59,091 nt of DNA from Candidatus Eiseniibacteriota bacterium (GTDB lineage Bacteria > Chloroflexota > Dormibacteria > Dormibacterales > Dormibacteraceae): NCBI GenBank assembly GCA_035601515.1, contig DATNOD010000001.1, forward strand, positions 1 through 59,091, given 5' to 3'. The translations under genes and the position numbers were made by a program. Every line of letters starts with the position of its first letter. The first letter of the stretch is position 1. The notes beneath the pieces are model-generated. The model was not told where the DNA came from. It worked only from the letters and a program-made list of their open reading frames with translations, and made no database searches. Below, piece after piece: positions 42,784 to 52,219 of the stretch.

Positions 42784-43710
42784 ATGAATTCAAAGCTCGG
42801 TTTAGGGAGATTCCTCGCGGCGATGGCCGCGCTCGTTTTCGTTGCCGCCGCGTGTGGAAGCAGCGGCGGGGGCGGTAATCCGAGCCCGGCTTCCAAGGGC
42901 ACTCTCACGGTTGCCGGTTTCAACTTCCCCGAGAGCAGCATCCTGGCCGAGATCTACGGCCAGGCCCTCGCGCATGACGGTTACACGATCAACTACAAGC
43001 TGCTTCTGGGCACGCGCGAGGTCGTGGCCCCCGCGCTCGAGTCAGGCCAGATCGACCTGTATCCCGGATACGCCGCAACCGACCTCGAGTTCTACAACAA
43101 GAGCGCGGGAGAGGCCAACGGGGACGCGACCGCCACCACAGCCAAGCTCAACAGCCACCTGTCGCCGCTTGGGCTCGTCGCGCTCGACCCCTCGGCAGCC
43201 GTCGACCAGAACGCGTTTGCGGTCACCAAGGCCACCCAGACCAAATACAACCTCACGTCGCTGTCCGACCTCGCGGCCATCGGCGGCCAGCTCACCCTCG
43301 GCGCCGGCCCGGAATGCCCGACCCGGCCCTTCTGCCAGCCCGGACTCAAGAGCACATACGGCATCACCTTCAAGGCCTTCAAGGCACTCGACACCGATGG
43401 ACCGCTGACCCGCGCGGCCTTCAAGAACGGGAGCATCGACGTCGGCCTGGTCTTCAGCAGCGACGGCGACCTGAACTCGCTCGGGCTGGTCGTGCTCAAG
43501 GACGACAAGCACCTGGAGAACGCGGACAACGTGGTTCCGATCCTCCGGCAAGCCGCTTCCAGCGACGAGGTCAAAAAAGTCCTGAACGCCATCGACGCCA
43601 AGCTGACGACGGCAGACCTGGTGACGCTGAACTCCCAGGTGTCGATTCAGCACCAGGATGCGGATGCCGTCGCGACGGCGTGGCTGCAGCAGCACAACTA
43701 CGCGAGCTAG
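42784..43710 (+). CDS. Osmoprotectant-binding lipoprotein (OpuAC/OpuCC family substrate-binding protein)
   Basis: ATG 42784 after AAGGAGAAGGG. Lipobox VAAAC. LTVAGFNFPESSILAEIYGQAL...LYPGY pattern. Confidence 0.75.
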   Translation: MNSKLGLGRFLAAMAALVFVAAACGSSGGGGNPSPASKGTLTVAGFNFPESSILAEIYGQALAHDGYTINYKLLLGTREVVAPALESGQIDLYPGYAATDLEFYNKSAGEANGDATATTAKLNSHLSPLGLVALDPSAAVDQNAFAVTKATQTKYNLTSLSDLAAIGGQLTLGAGPECPTRPFCQPGLKSTYGITFKAFKALDTDGPLTRAAFKNGSIDVGLVFSSDGDLNSLGLVVLKDDKHLENADNVVPILRQAASSDEVKKVLNAIDAKLTTADLVTLNSQVSIQHQDADAVATAWLQQHNYAS

Positions 43711-43713
43711 CGG

Positions 43714-45288
43714 CTAAGCGACCGCCTTTGTCACCGACGGCTCGGACTCGGGCTGCTTCCGAGCGACGCCGATGGCGTTGGCCGCCGCGCCCGCCAACAG
43801 CAGGCCGGCCGAGATGAGCATCGCCGTGTGAAACGCGTCGGCTGACGCGTAGCGCGCCTGGGCGGCCACATCCGCGGGCGCGCTTGTCGTCGGCCTGTTG
43901 AGAGGGCTCACCTCCGCTCGCAGTACCGTGGAGTTGGGGTCGAGGCCAGAGACCTTCGCCGCCAGTGACGCATAGAAGACGGCCGTCACAGCGATGAAGA
44001 CCACGGCGCCGGCAAGCTGCGGGCCGATGCGCGAGATGGCGTTGTTGATCGAAGACGCGAGTCCGGCGTTGGCGACGGGCACCGACGCCATCAGCGCCGC
44101 CGTCAGGGGCGCCACCATGATCCCGAGTCCGATGCCGAAGATGATCGTCGCGGGAAAGAAGTCCACGAGGTAGGACACGGGCGGTAGGACGCTAGAGGCC
44201 GAGCCCGGTTTTAGCATCCAGGCCGTGCTCGTAGCCGGGACCCGCGCGTACAGGAGACACGCGGCGGCCATCACCAGCGGCCCGACGATCAGGAACGGCC
44301 GCGCTCCGTATCTGCCGACCAGGGTCCCTACTCGGGGTGACATCACGGTCAGCAGCAGTCCACCGGGGATGAACATCAGCCCGGCCGCCACCGCCGTATA
44401 GCCCAGCGTGCCCTGCACGAAAAGAGCCTGGTTGTAGCCGGACACGTACAGCGCGCCATAGATGAGCAGGGTCGAGATGTTGATGGTCGTGAACGCGCGC
44501 GACTTGAACAGGCTCAGAGGGATGAGCGGGTTGCGCGCCCTTGACATGTAAAAGGGAAGGCCTATTGTCGCGATCGCCCCGACGGCGAGCATCACGTAAG
44601 CGACCGGGTCACGCCACTCGCGCTGCTGGCCGTACACCGCGCCGAACGCAAGCCCGCCCACCGCGACGCCGACGATGATCGCGCCCAGCCAGTCGAAGCC
44701 GGTTGCCGGGCGCTCGGCGCGGCTCTCGGGCACGTGGCGCCAGGTGGCGTACAGGGCGATTGCTGTGATCGGGAGGTTGATGAAGAATGCGGCGCGCCAC
44801 GAAATCGTGTCCACCAGAAGCCCACCGACCGCCGGCCCGATCAAAGTGGTTCCGGAAGACGCCCCAGACCAGATCCCGAAGGCGCGGCCCTGTAGCGGTC
44901 CGCTGAACGTGGTGGTGATGAGCGCCAGCGAGCCTGGAACCAGGAAGGCGCCCGCGATCCCTTGCAGGACCCTCAGTACCACCAGGGACTCCAGGTTGGG
45001 CGCCAGCCCGCAAAGTCCGGACGTGATGCCGAAGCCTGCAAGGCCGAGCATGAACACGCGGCGCCGCCCGAAGGCGTCGGTCAGCGCACCGGCGAGGATC
45101 AGGAGCGTGCTCAGCGACAGCAGGTACCCGGTGTAGACGTACGTCTGGCCCTCGAGCACGCCGAGCAGTGGGTGGGGGAGCTCGCGGCCGATCCGCGGCA
45201 AGGCGACGTTGACGACGGTGGAATCGAGAAAGACCGTGGCTGACGCCAGTACGGCCGCAACCAGCGTCCACCTCTCCATGCGGGTCAT
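43714..45288 (-). CDS. MFS transporter, DHA2-like (14-TMS)
   Basis: 524 aa polytopic. LTDAFGRRRVF motif. Confidence 0.75.
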   Translation of the reverse strand: MTRMERWTLVAAVLASATVFLDSTVVNVALPRIGRELPHPLLGVLEGQTYVYTGYLLSLSTLLILAGALTDAFGRRRVFMLGLAGFGITSGLCGLAPNLESLVVLRVLQGIAGAFLVPGSLALITTTFSGPLQGRAFGIWSGASSGTTLIGPAVGGLLVDTISWRAAFFINLPITAIALYATWRHVPESRAERPATGFDWLGAIIVGVAVGGLAFGAVYGQQREWRDPVAYVMLAVGAIATIGLPFYMSRARNPLIPLSLFKSRAFTTINISTLLIYGALYVSGYNQALFVQGTLGYTAVAAGLMFIPGGLLLTVMSPRVGTLVGRYGARPFLIVGPLVMAAACLLYARVPATSTAWMLKPGSASSVLPPVSYLVDFFPATIIFGIGLGIMVAPLTAALMASVPVANAGLASSINNAISRIGPQLAGAVVFIAVTAVFYASLAAKVSGLDPNSTVLRAEVSPLNRPTTSAPADVAAQARYASADAFHTAMLISAGLLLAGAAANAIGVARKQPESEPSVTKAVA

Positions 45289-45308
45289 GACGCTGTACCT
45301 TAGCCCCC

Positions 45309-45815
45309 GTGGACCGAGACGCCGCCCTGTCCGACTTCGACTCCGCTCGCGCCGAGTGGGAGGCGGTCTTCGCGCAGGTACCGGATGCCGCTCTCTCGTA
45401 CCTCAAGCCTGGCGACGATTACGCGCTCGGTGGTCTTCAGGTACATGTCAACTGGGTCCTCGTCCATTACAGTCGCGTGCTCGACGGCATCAAAGCCGAC
45501 CCGTATCACCAAATGCAACCGCTGGACCCTCCAGGAGAGTCCACAGAGGTAAACAAGAGGGCGAAAGGGGGGCTCACCGCTCCCGAGCGCAAGCCCACTC
45601 TCGACGAAATGTCCAGGCTGCACCGGTCGGTGAGGGAGGCCGCGGCGGGAATTGCCGAAGCGGACTGGTCGCGAAAGACGCCGGTTGTGTATGGCGAGGG
45701 GCAGGACCCGTATCCGACCAGCCCCGACGACGTCTTGGGTTGGCTGCGCGAGCACTACCGCGAACACGTGCACCAGTGCCCGGAGCTGATCGCCTCGTGG
45801 CGGGAGATGAGCTAA
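45309..45815 (+). CDS. DinB-like four-helix-bundle family protein (uncertain)
   Basis: GTG start. Helical protein with conserved-looking His residues (HVNWVLVHY...EHYREHVHQ). Weak family assignment. Confidence 0.35.
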   Translation: MDRDAALSDFDSARAEWEAVFAQVPDAALSYLKPGDDYALGGLQVHVNWVLVHYSRVLDGIKADPYHQMQPLDPPGESTEVNKRAKGGLTAPERKPTLDEMSRLHRSVREAAAGIAEADWSRKTPVVYGEGQDPYPTSPDDVLGWLREHYREHVHQCPELIASWREMS

Positions 45816-45823
45816 GAGGTCCT

Positions 45824-46600
45824 CTAGGGCACCCGGTTGATCCAGCCGGCGGTAGCGTACTTGGTCGACTCCAGCTCGCGCGCCGCGTCGAGCTCGTCGG
45901 TGGTCACCTTGCTTTTGCGGACGTGGAAGTCTGACGCGAACGACCGCTCCATGTGACGCGCGACGCCGGCGCAGTCCGTAGAGGTGAACCACGAAAGTGG
46001 TGAGACGGGCTTTTCCGCGCTGCGCACACCGCGTTCAGACAATCGATCGCGCCCGACCCGGATCAGCCTCGGCACCAGGTTCGGGTCCATCGTGTGCGCG
46101 ATGGTCGTGTGGTGCAGGACGAAGCCGCGCCTTCGCGCCTGCGCCGCGCCGGCGATCTTTCCCCGCGGCGAGATGATGTCGTTGATCTCGCGATAGGTCG
46201 CCGGCACTCCGAGGGCGACGAACGAGCGCACCGCCCAGGCGTCGAGCGCGGCATACGACTGCCGGAACGAGAGGCCCGCCACGGCCATCGCGGGAACGTA
46301 GAGCGAGTAAGTGATCGTACGGTCCGGCTCACAGAGCATCGTTCCGCCGCCGCTCATGCGGCGCGTGATCGTGAATCCGAGCTTTTTGGCCGCGATGATG
46401 TCGACCTCGTTCACCACCGATTGGTGTGACCCGATCACGAGAGCGGGCTGCACCCATTCCCAGAAGCGCACGGTCGGCCGCCGCGCGCCGGCGATGACTC
46501 GCTGCAGCAAAATCTCGTCCAACGCCATGTGCATGTGGGCCGGCTGCGGCGAATATCCGATGAGATCCCACTCGAGATCTGCCAGGCGCTCCTCGCTCAT
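45824..46600 (-). CDS. Lipoate-protein ligase A family protein
   Basis: ATG 46600. MALDEILL..., RFWEW..PALVIGSHQ, RRMSGGGTM motif. Confidence 0.7.
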   Translation of the reverse strand: MSEERLADLEWDLIGYSPQPAHMHMALDEILLQRVIAGARRPTVRFWEWVQPALVIGSHQSVVNEVDIIAAKKLGFTITRRMSGGGTMLCEPDRTITYSLYVPAMAVAGLSFRQSYAALDAWAVRSFVALGVPATYREINDIISPRGKIAGAAQARRRGFVLHHTTIAHTMDPNLVPRLIRVGRDRLSERGVRSAEKPVSPLSWFTSTDCAGVARHMERSFASDFHVRKSKVTTDELDAARELESTKYATAGWINRVP

Positions 46601-46653
46601 TTGCTGCCAGATTTGATTGAATATGCGCCCTGCGCGCGCCCGGCGCCGATGCA

Positions 46654-47820
46654 ATGCAGCGACGAACCCTGTGGACGCTCTACGGATGCAACCTGCTGGC
46701 CTCCGTGGGCTTCTGGTTCTTCCTACCCCTGCTGCCCATCTTCCTGTCGCGCCGTGGTGGCTCTGCGACGCTGGTTGGCGCCGTTTTCGCCTCGGGGCTG
46801 CTCGCCAACGCCCTGATCCGTTATCCGGCGGGCTGGGCCGCGGATCGCTTCGGCACCCGTCCGGTCATGATCGTGTCCCTGGCGGGCGAGGCCGTATTGT
46901 TTCTCGGCTACCTGCCGCACCTTCCGCTGGCCGCATTCATCGCGCTGCGCTTCGTGCACGGGGCTGCGGCGGGCGCATTCTGGCCCGCGGCCAACGGGCT
47001 CATCGCCGAGGTCGCTCCGCCTAAAGAGCTGGGCAGGGCGTTCGGTGTCATGCAGTCGACGAACATGGTCGGCATCATCATCGGTCCGGCCATCGGCGGG
47101 TTCATCGCGCTGGCGAACCTCAGCGTCGTCTTCGTCGTTGCAGCCATTGTCTCTGGGCTTGCCGCCATCCCGATCGCCACGGTGCCGAATGTGCGCCTGG
47201 CGCGAAGTGCCGAAGCTCCGGTCGGCGCGCTACGGATCGCACGAAGGCTGTTGCCGCTCATCATCCTCGGCGTAGGAACGTCGTACATGATTGGGACGTT
47301 CGACACGATCTGGTCGCTCTACATGACGTATCGAGGCGCCACCACGCTCGCGGTCGGGATCTCGTTCGCGACGTTTGGAATTCCAGCTCTGCTCGTGAGC
47401 GCGCGCGCAGGCGCGCTCGGCGATCGGTTCGGCGCCCAGAAGCTGATCGTCGGCTCGCTGTTCGTCACCGCGTTCTTCTCGTCCATCTATCCATTCATCG
47501 CGTCGGTGCCATGGCTCATCGGTCTCGGTCTCATCGAGGGCGCCTTCACGATCTCGGGAGCTCCGAGCCTGATCGCAGAGGTGAGCCGCAATGCCGAGCC
47601 GGGCTATCAGGGCCGCACCCAGGGCGTGTTTCAGGCCGTCCAGTCATCGATCCAGATCGCCGGCGCGCTGGCGGGCGGTTACCTGTTCACGATCGGACCT
47701 GCATATGCGTTCCTCGCCATCACGGCGTTCTGCGTGTTGGGTGCGGCGTCCGGCACCTGGCTTAGTAGCGCACGTCGTCGAGCCGCCGCCATCCGTACGA
47801 AACCTCTTCGAGAGTCGTGA
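46654..47820 (+). CDS. MFS transporter (12-TMS)
   Basis: 388 aa polytopic. AGWAADRFGTRPV motif-A-like loop. Confidence 0.7.
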   Translation: MQRRTLWTLYGCNLLASVGFWFFLPLLPIFLSRRGGSATLVGAVFASGLLANALIRYPAGWAADRFGTRPVMIVSLAGEAVLFLGYLPHLPLAAFIALRFVHGAAAGAFWPAANGLIAEVAPPKELGRAFGVMQSTNMVGIIIGPAIGGFIALANLSVVFVVAAIVSGLAAIPIATVPNVRLARSAEAPVGALRIARRLLPLIILGVGTSYMIGTFDTIWSLYMTYRGATTLAVGISFATFGIPALLVSARAGALGDRFGAQKLIVGSLFVTAFFSSIYPFIASVPWLIGLGLIEGAFTISGAPSLIAEVSRNAEPGYQGRTQGVFQAVQSSIQIAGALAGGYLFTIGPAYAFLAITAFCVLGAASGTWLSSARRRAAAIRTKPLRES

Positions 47821-48274
47821 GGCCGATGGTGATCGGCTGCGCGCGCACGTAGATGCCGCCCAGCCGCTCGTAAAAGGATCTAGCGGGCTGGTTGTCGCGC
47901 AAGACCCAGATGATCATGTCGCTCAGGCCCAGCTCGCGAAGGCCGGTGACGGTGGCCCTGACGAGCTCGCGACCGAATCCGCTCCGCTGCGCGCGGTCGA
48001 GCACGTAGATGGCGTAGAGCTCGCCCTCAAAGCCGGTCTCGCCCGCGCGCTCGCGGCCGCCGGACGAGAATCCCAACACCTCACCTCCGTCTTCGGCGAC
48101 GTAGACCTTCGACGTTCCCTCGGCGATCACGCGCTTCCATCGCTCCGCATAGCCGGTCTCGCTCAGCGAGAGTAGGAAGTCGTCGGGCAGGAGGTCGCGA
48201 TAAGTTGTTCGCCAGCTCGCCACATGCACACGGGCGATCGCAGGTGCGTCATTCAGCGTCGCCGGACGGATCAC
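47762..48274 (-). CDS. GNAT family N-acetyltransferase
   Basis: IRPATLNDAPAIARVHVASW...RSGFGRELV...FYERLGG. Confidence 0.75.
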   Translation of the reverse strand: MIRPATLNDAPAIARVHVASWRTTYRDLLPDDFLLSLSETGYAERWKRVIAEGTSKVYVAEDGGEVLGFSSGGRERAGETGFEGELYAIYVLDRAQRSGFGRELVRATVTGLRELGLSDMIIWVLRDNQPARSFYERLGGIYVRAQPITIGLTTLEEVSYGWRRLDDVRY

Positions 48275-48711
48275 TACGCCTTGGTGTAGGCGATCACCGC
48301 GCGCGCCTCGGCAACGACGGTTCCATCGTCCTGCTCGACGGTCGCCTCGCAGAACGCAAGCCTCCGCGTGCGATGGCGAACCGTGGCGCGGCAGATGAGA
48401 CGGCCCGGCTTTCCAGGCCGGTAGTAATCGACCTTCAGGTCGGCGGTCGCCGTCGTCTCACCCTCTTCGGCGAGGGTGTAGGCGACCGAAGCCAGCGTTT
48501 CGTCAGCCAGCGTCGCGATCGCACCGCCGTGGACGATCGGTCCCCTGCTCGTCGGAAAACTGTGGGCGTCCACCGTGAGGTTGCCTTCGAGCACGAGCGT
48601 GCCCAAGCCGACTTCGACCAGCCGGCCCCCGATGTTGGCGATCATCCCGACCGAGGCCCACTGCTTGTAGAGCTCCGGCAGGGTGCGAACGCCGTACGGA
48701 ACATCGCTCAC
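48274..48711 (-). CDS. PaaI/hotdog-fold thioesterase
   Basis: GTG 48711 overlapping the upstream stop (GTGA). IVHGGAIATLADETL motif. Confidence 0.7.
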   Translation of the reverse strand: MSDVPYGVRTLPELYKQWASVGMIANIGGRLVEVGLGTLVLEGNLTVDAHSFPTSRGPIVHGGAIATLADETLASVAYTLAEEGETTATADLKVDYYRPGKPGRLICRATVRHRTRRLAFCEATVEQDDGTVVAEARAVIAYTKA

Positions 48712-49688
48712 GGGGCTAGCGTGCGGTGCAGCTCGAGCACCGGATCGATTGGCCCGTAGCCCATATCGGCGTTCACGTGGAGGATCGGAGCGTTCTCCCC
48801 GTCGTTCTCGGTGCGGATCCGCTCGGCGCCGAAAGCAATCGCCTGCGCGACCGTCTCGTATTTCAATGCCCGAGCGATGCCGCGACCTCGAACGCTCCGC
48901 GCGGTGGCTGTGAAGGCGGTCCACGGGCAGCCGTGGGTAGGTGGATACTCGAGCGCAGACAGGCCCACTATCGCCGCACCCTCACGCGCGATCCACATGC
49001 GATCGGTTCGGATGCCTGGGTTGTCAAACCAGAGGTGGTGCCATTCGTCGTACGGCATCACGGGTGTCGGCACGGTGGTTGGGATGTCCTGCTCGGCTCC
49101 AACGGTCATCTCGTACAGCTTGGCCAAGCGGTCTGGGTCGTCGTCTTCGTCGAGCTTGAGTACACGTACGCCCTGTTCCTGCATCCGTTTTCGGCTGACG
49201 TCAGCGCCGGCCAGCAGGCCGGCGCGATTCGCGACAAGGTCCAGCTCCCACCGGCGCCCCCGCCGAACCTCGCTGTAGCCGCGGGCCTCGATGAAGCGAC
49301 GCTCGTCGGCAAAAGTCGCCAACAGGCGGATGACGGCGACCGAGCCACGCTGGGCTCGCAGCCACGACTCAGCGAGGTCGACGAGGCCCCCGTAACGATC
49401 AGGGCTCCACAGGTCGGGATGCAACAGGATTCGCATCGACCCGAAACGCTCGGCACCATCGACCCATGGCCGGTGGCGGGCCATCACGTAAGCGACGGCA
49501 AAACCGTCACGAACGGCAATGAGCCGCGTATATACCTCGTCAGCCGGCGTGGTCGACCACCAGAACCGAAGCATGGCGGGATCGGCCGGATCGTCGGGTT
49601 TTCGCTCCGTCTCGAGATCGGCGACGGTTCGGGAATCCGACGTGGTCGCCGGGCGCAGGTCGAGATCGATTTGGGCTCTGCTCATCAA
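48708..49688 (-). CDS. GNAT family acetyltransferase (two-domain)
   Basis: 326 aa. C-terminal RGRGIARALKYETVAQAIAFGAERIRTENDGEN acetyl-CoA-binding-like motif. Confidence 0.6.
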   Translation of the reverse strand: MMSRAQIDLDLRPATTSDSRTVADLETERKPDDPADPAMLRFWWSTTPADEVYTRLIAVRDGFAVAYVMARHRPWVDGAERFGSMRILLHPDLWSPDRYGGLVDLAESWLRAQRGSVAVIRLLATFADERRFIEARGYSEVRRGRRWELDLVANRAGLLAGADVSRKRMQEQGVRVLKLDEDDDPDRLAKLYEMTVGAEQDIPTTVPTPVMPYDEWHHLWFDNPGIRTDRMWIAREGAAIVGLSALEYPPTHGCPWTAFTATARSVRGRGIARALKYETVAQAIAFGAERIRTENDGENAPILHVNADMGYGPIDPVLELHRTLAP

Positions 49689-49732
49689 CGACGGACCAGC
49701 CTAGCATTCACCATCCGGTTAATCTCTGGGCC

Positions 49733-50659
49733 GTGATTGGCCGCGCTTTGCAGAGGGTTCCCGGCCGTCGAACTTCGCCTGATCGGGGGGGTTTGCGCAT
49801 CGCACTTTCGCCCGCGTCGTGGGGCGTGAGCGACGTGCCGGAGTGGGGTCACCAGCTCGATGCGGAGCGGGTCCTTTCCGAGGTGTGGTCGCTGGGAATC
49901 GCGGCGATCGAGGCGGGACCGCCGGGCTTCCTGCCGGATCGAAGCGACCAGGCCAAGCTGCTGATCCGGCGCCACTGGCTACGCGTCGTGTCGGGTCAGG
50001 CTCACGCGGTCCTTCATCACTACGACATCCGCGCCTCGGAGCTGGCCCACATCGACGGGCACGCCAGCTGGCTTGCAGCCGTGGGCGCCGAGACGCTGGT
50101 TCTGTCCGCCATCGCGCCGCGTGGCGCGAGCACCGCCCATGGCATCGTGCTCGACAGCGCGGGCTGGGCGCACCTCCTGCATTTGATCGGCTCCGTCGAG
50201 CACGTCTGCGCTCGTCACCGGCTCAGGCTCGCTGTGCTGCCGCGTTTCGGCACCATGATCCAGGGACCGTCCGACATCGAAAGGCTTCTGGTCGGCACGG
50301 AGGCGGGTCTGTGCTTCGACCCCGGGCACCTGGTCATGGTCGGGGCCGATCCGATGGAGGTGCTCGAGCTGGCCGCGGGCCGCATCCATCATGTCCGCCT
50401 GAACGACGTCGACGCCAAACTCGCGCGCCAGGTTCGTGAGAACCGCATCGATTATCCGCAGGCGGTGAGCCAGGGCCTGTTCAAGGCATTGGGCGGTGGA
50501 GACGCACGCGTGGACGACATCATCGAGACGCTGCGACGCTCGAGATACCGCGGTTGGTACGCCATCGATCAGGACATCCGGCTCGAATCGAATGAGGACA
50601 AACCCCTGTCAGGCGTCAAGCGCGCTCTCGACCACGTGCGCAGGCTCGTCGCGGCGTAA
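49733..50659 (+). CDS. Sugar phosphate isomerase/epimerase (xylose isomerase-like TIM barrel)
   Basis: GTG start. FDPGHLVMVGADPME...HHVRLND pattern typical of the AP_endonuc_2 family. Confidence 0.55.
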   Translation: MIGRALQRVPGRRTSPDRGGLRIALSPASWGVSDVPEWGHQLDAERVLSEVWSLGIAAIEAGPPGFLPDRSDQAKLLIRRHWLRVVSGQAHAVLHHYDIRASELAHIDGHASWLAAVGAETLVLSAIAPRGASTAHGIVLDSAGWAHLLHLIGSVEHVCARHRLRLAVLPRFGTMIQGPSDIERLLVGTEAGLCFDPGHLVMVGADPMEVLELAAGRIHHVRLNDVDAKLARQVRENRIDYPQAVSQGLFKALGGGDARVDDIIETLRRSRYRGWYAIDQDIRLESNEDKPLSGVKRALDHVRRLVAA

Positions 50660-50674
50660 GCGCAGGACGCTCGG

Positions 50675-52201
50675 CTAGATCTTTCGGGTCATCCCCTCCC
50701 AATAGGGCTCGCGGACGTTGCGCTTCAGGAGCTTGCCGGCGGCATCGCGCGGGAGCTCGATGACGAAATCGACCGAGCGTGGCTTCTTGTAGCCGGCCAA
50801 TCGCGCGTCACAAAAAGCGATCAGCTCTTCCGCTGTCGCGTTCATGCCGGCTCTCAGCTGGACCACCGCCTTCAAGGACTCGCCCCACTCGGCGTCCGGC
50901 ACCCCGATCACAGCCGCGTCCATCACGGCTGGATGTCCATAAAGCACAGCCTCGATCTCCGCGGGGTAGATGTTGACCCCGCCGGAGATGACCATGTCGA
51001 TTTGGCGGTCGCAGATGTAGTAGTAGCCCTCCGCGTCTCGGTAGGCGACGTCGCCGACCGAGAAGAAACCGTCGTGGAGGCTTTTGCCGGTCGCGTCGGG
51101 GCGGTTGTAGTACTCGGCCAGCCACGTGTTGCGGACCATGAACTCGCCGGGCTCCCCGTCGTGCACGTCCCGGCCGTCTGGCCCGACGAGACGGATCTCC
51201 TGGCCTGGAACCCCGGTCCCACAGGATCCCGGCTTGCGGAGCTGGTCCTCGGGCCGCAGCACGGTGTTGATGCCGGTTTCGGTCGCCCCGTAAAACTCCC
51301 AGATGACCTGGCCGAGCACTGCTTCGGCTCGCACTTTGAGCGCCTGAGGGCATGGAGCCGCGCCGAGGATCAATGCGCGCAGTGATGAAAGGTCGCGTGG
51401 CCTTCGCTCCTGAGCGTCAACCAGACGCTGCAGCAGCGTCGGAGCCATGAAAGCCGTCGTCACGCGGTGACTCTCGATCAGGTCGTGGGCTCCATCGGCT
51501 TCGAACTTTGGCTGGATGACGTCCATCGCGCCGAGCACCTGGTGCAGCGCGGCAAAGAACGAGACCGCGCTGTGATATCCCGGGCCGCACATCAGATGCA
51601 CGTCCGATTGTGTGAGGCCGAAGATGGAGATGACCTGCAGCACATTCTCGATGTTCACCCCGTTCGGGCGCCATGCGCCCTTCGGATGGCCCGTGGTCCC
51701 CGAGGTGTAGATCATCGACGCTCCCAGCCCGCCCGAACCCTGCGCCTCGATCGGGTCATCGGGCGCGCCCGACATGAGCTCCTCGTAGGAGCTCCAACCA
51801 TCTGGTCTCCTGCTCCCGGTGGCGACGAAGTGACGGTGGCCTTTCACCTCCGGCCGCGCCGCTTCGAGGATGTCCACGTGATCGTCATCCGCGCATACGA
51901 CGCTGGCGCCCGAATCGTTCAGGAGATACGCGACCTCCGATCCGCGCAGCCTGTAGTTGACGGGGACCGCAATCAGTTTCACGCGGCGCAGGCCGTTGGA
52001 GATCTCGAAACCCTGGATCGAGTTGAAGGACATGATGGCGACGCGGTCTTGCGCCTCGCAGCCAAGCTCGGTGAACACATGGGCAGCCTTGTTGGCGCGC
52101 CTGTTCAAAGTGGCGAAGTCGACCGAGCGCTCGCCGAGGATCAGCGCTGGTTTATGCGGGCTGCCTTCTGCGTGAACCGCCAGGAAATCGATATCGGCCA
52201 T
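50675..52201 (-). CDS. AMP-dependent acyl-CoA synthetase/ligase
   Basis: MIYTSGTTGHPKG (AMP-binding motif), YGATE, GDVAYRDAEGYYYICDR, PRDAAGKLLKR. Confidence 0.85.
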   Translation of the reverse strand: MADIDFLAVHAEGSPHKPALILGERSVDFATLNRRANKAAHVFTELGCEAQDRVAIMSFNSIQGFEISNGLRRVKLIAVPVNYRLRGSEVAYLLNDSGASVVCADDDHVDILEAARPEVKGHRHFVATGSRRPDGWSSYEELMSGAPDDPIEAQGSGGLGASMIYTSGTTGHPKGAWRPNGVNIENVLQVISIFGLTQSDVHLMCGPGYHSAVSFFAALHQVLGAMDVIQPKFEADGAHDLIESHRVTTAFMAPTLLQRLVDAQERRPRDLSSLRALILGAAPCPQALKVRAEAVLGQVIWEFYGATETGINTVLRPEDQLRKPGSCGTGVPGQEIRLVGPDGRDVHDGEPGEFMVRNTWLAEYYNRPDATGKSLHDGFFSVGDVAYRDAEGYYYICDRQIDMVISGGVNIYPAEIEAVLYGHPAVMDAAVIGVPDAEWGESLKAVVQLRAGMNATAEELIAFCDARLAGYKKPRSVDFVIELPRDAAGKLLKRNVREPYWEGMTRKI

Positions 52202-52219
52202 GGCTCAATCCTAGGCCGG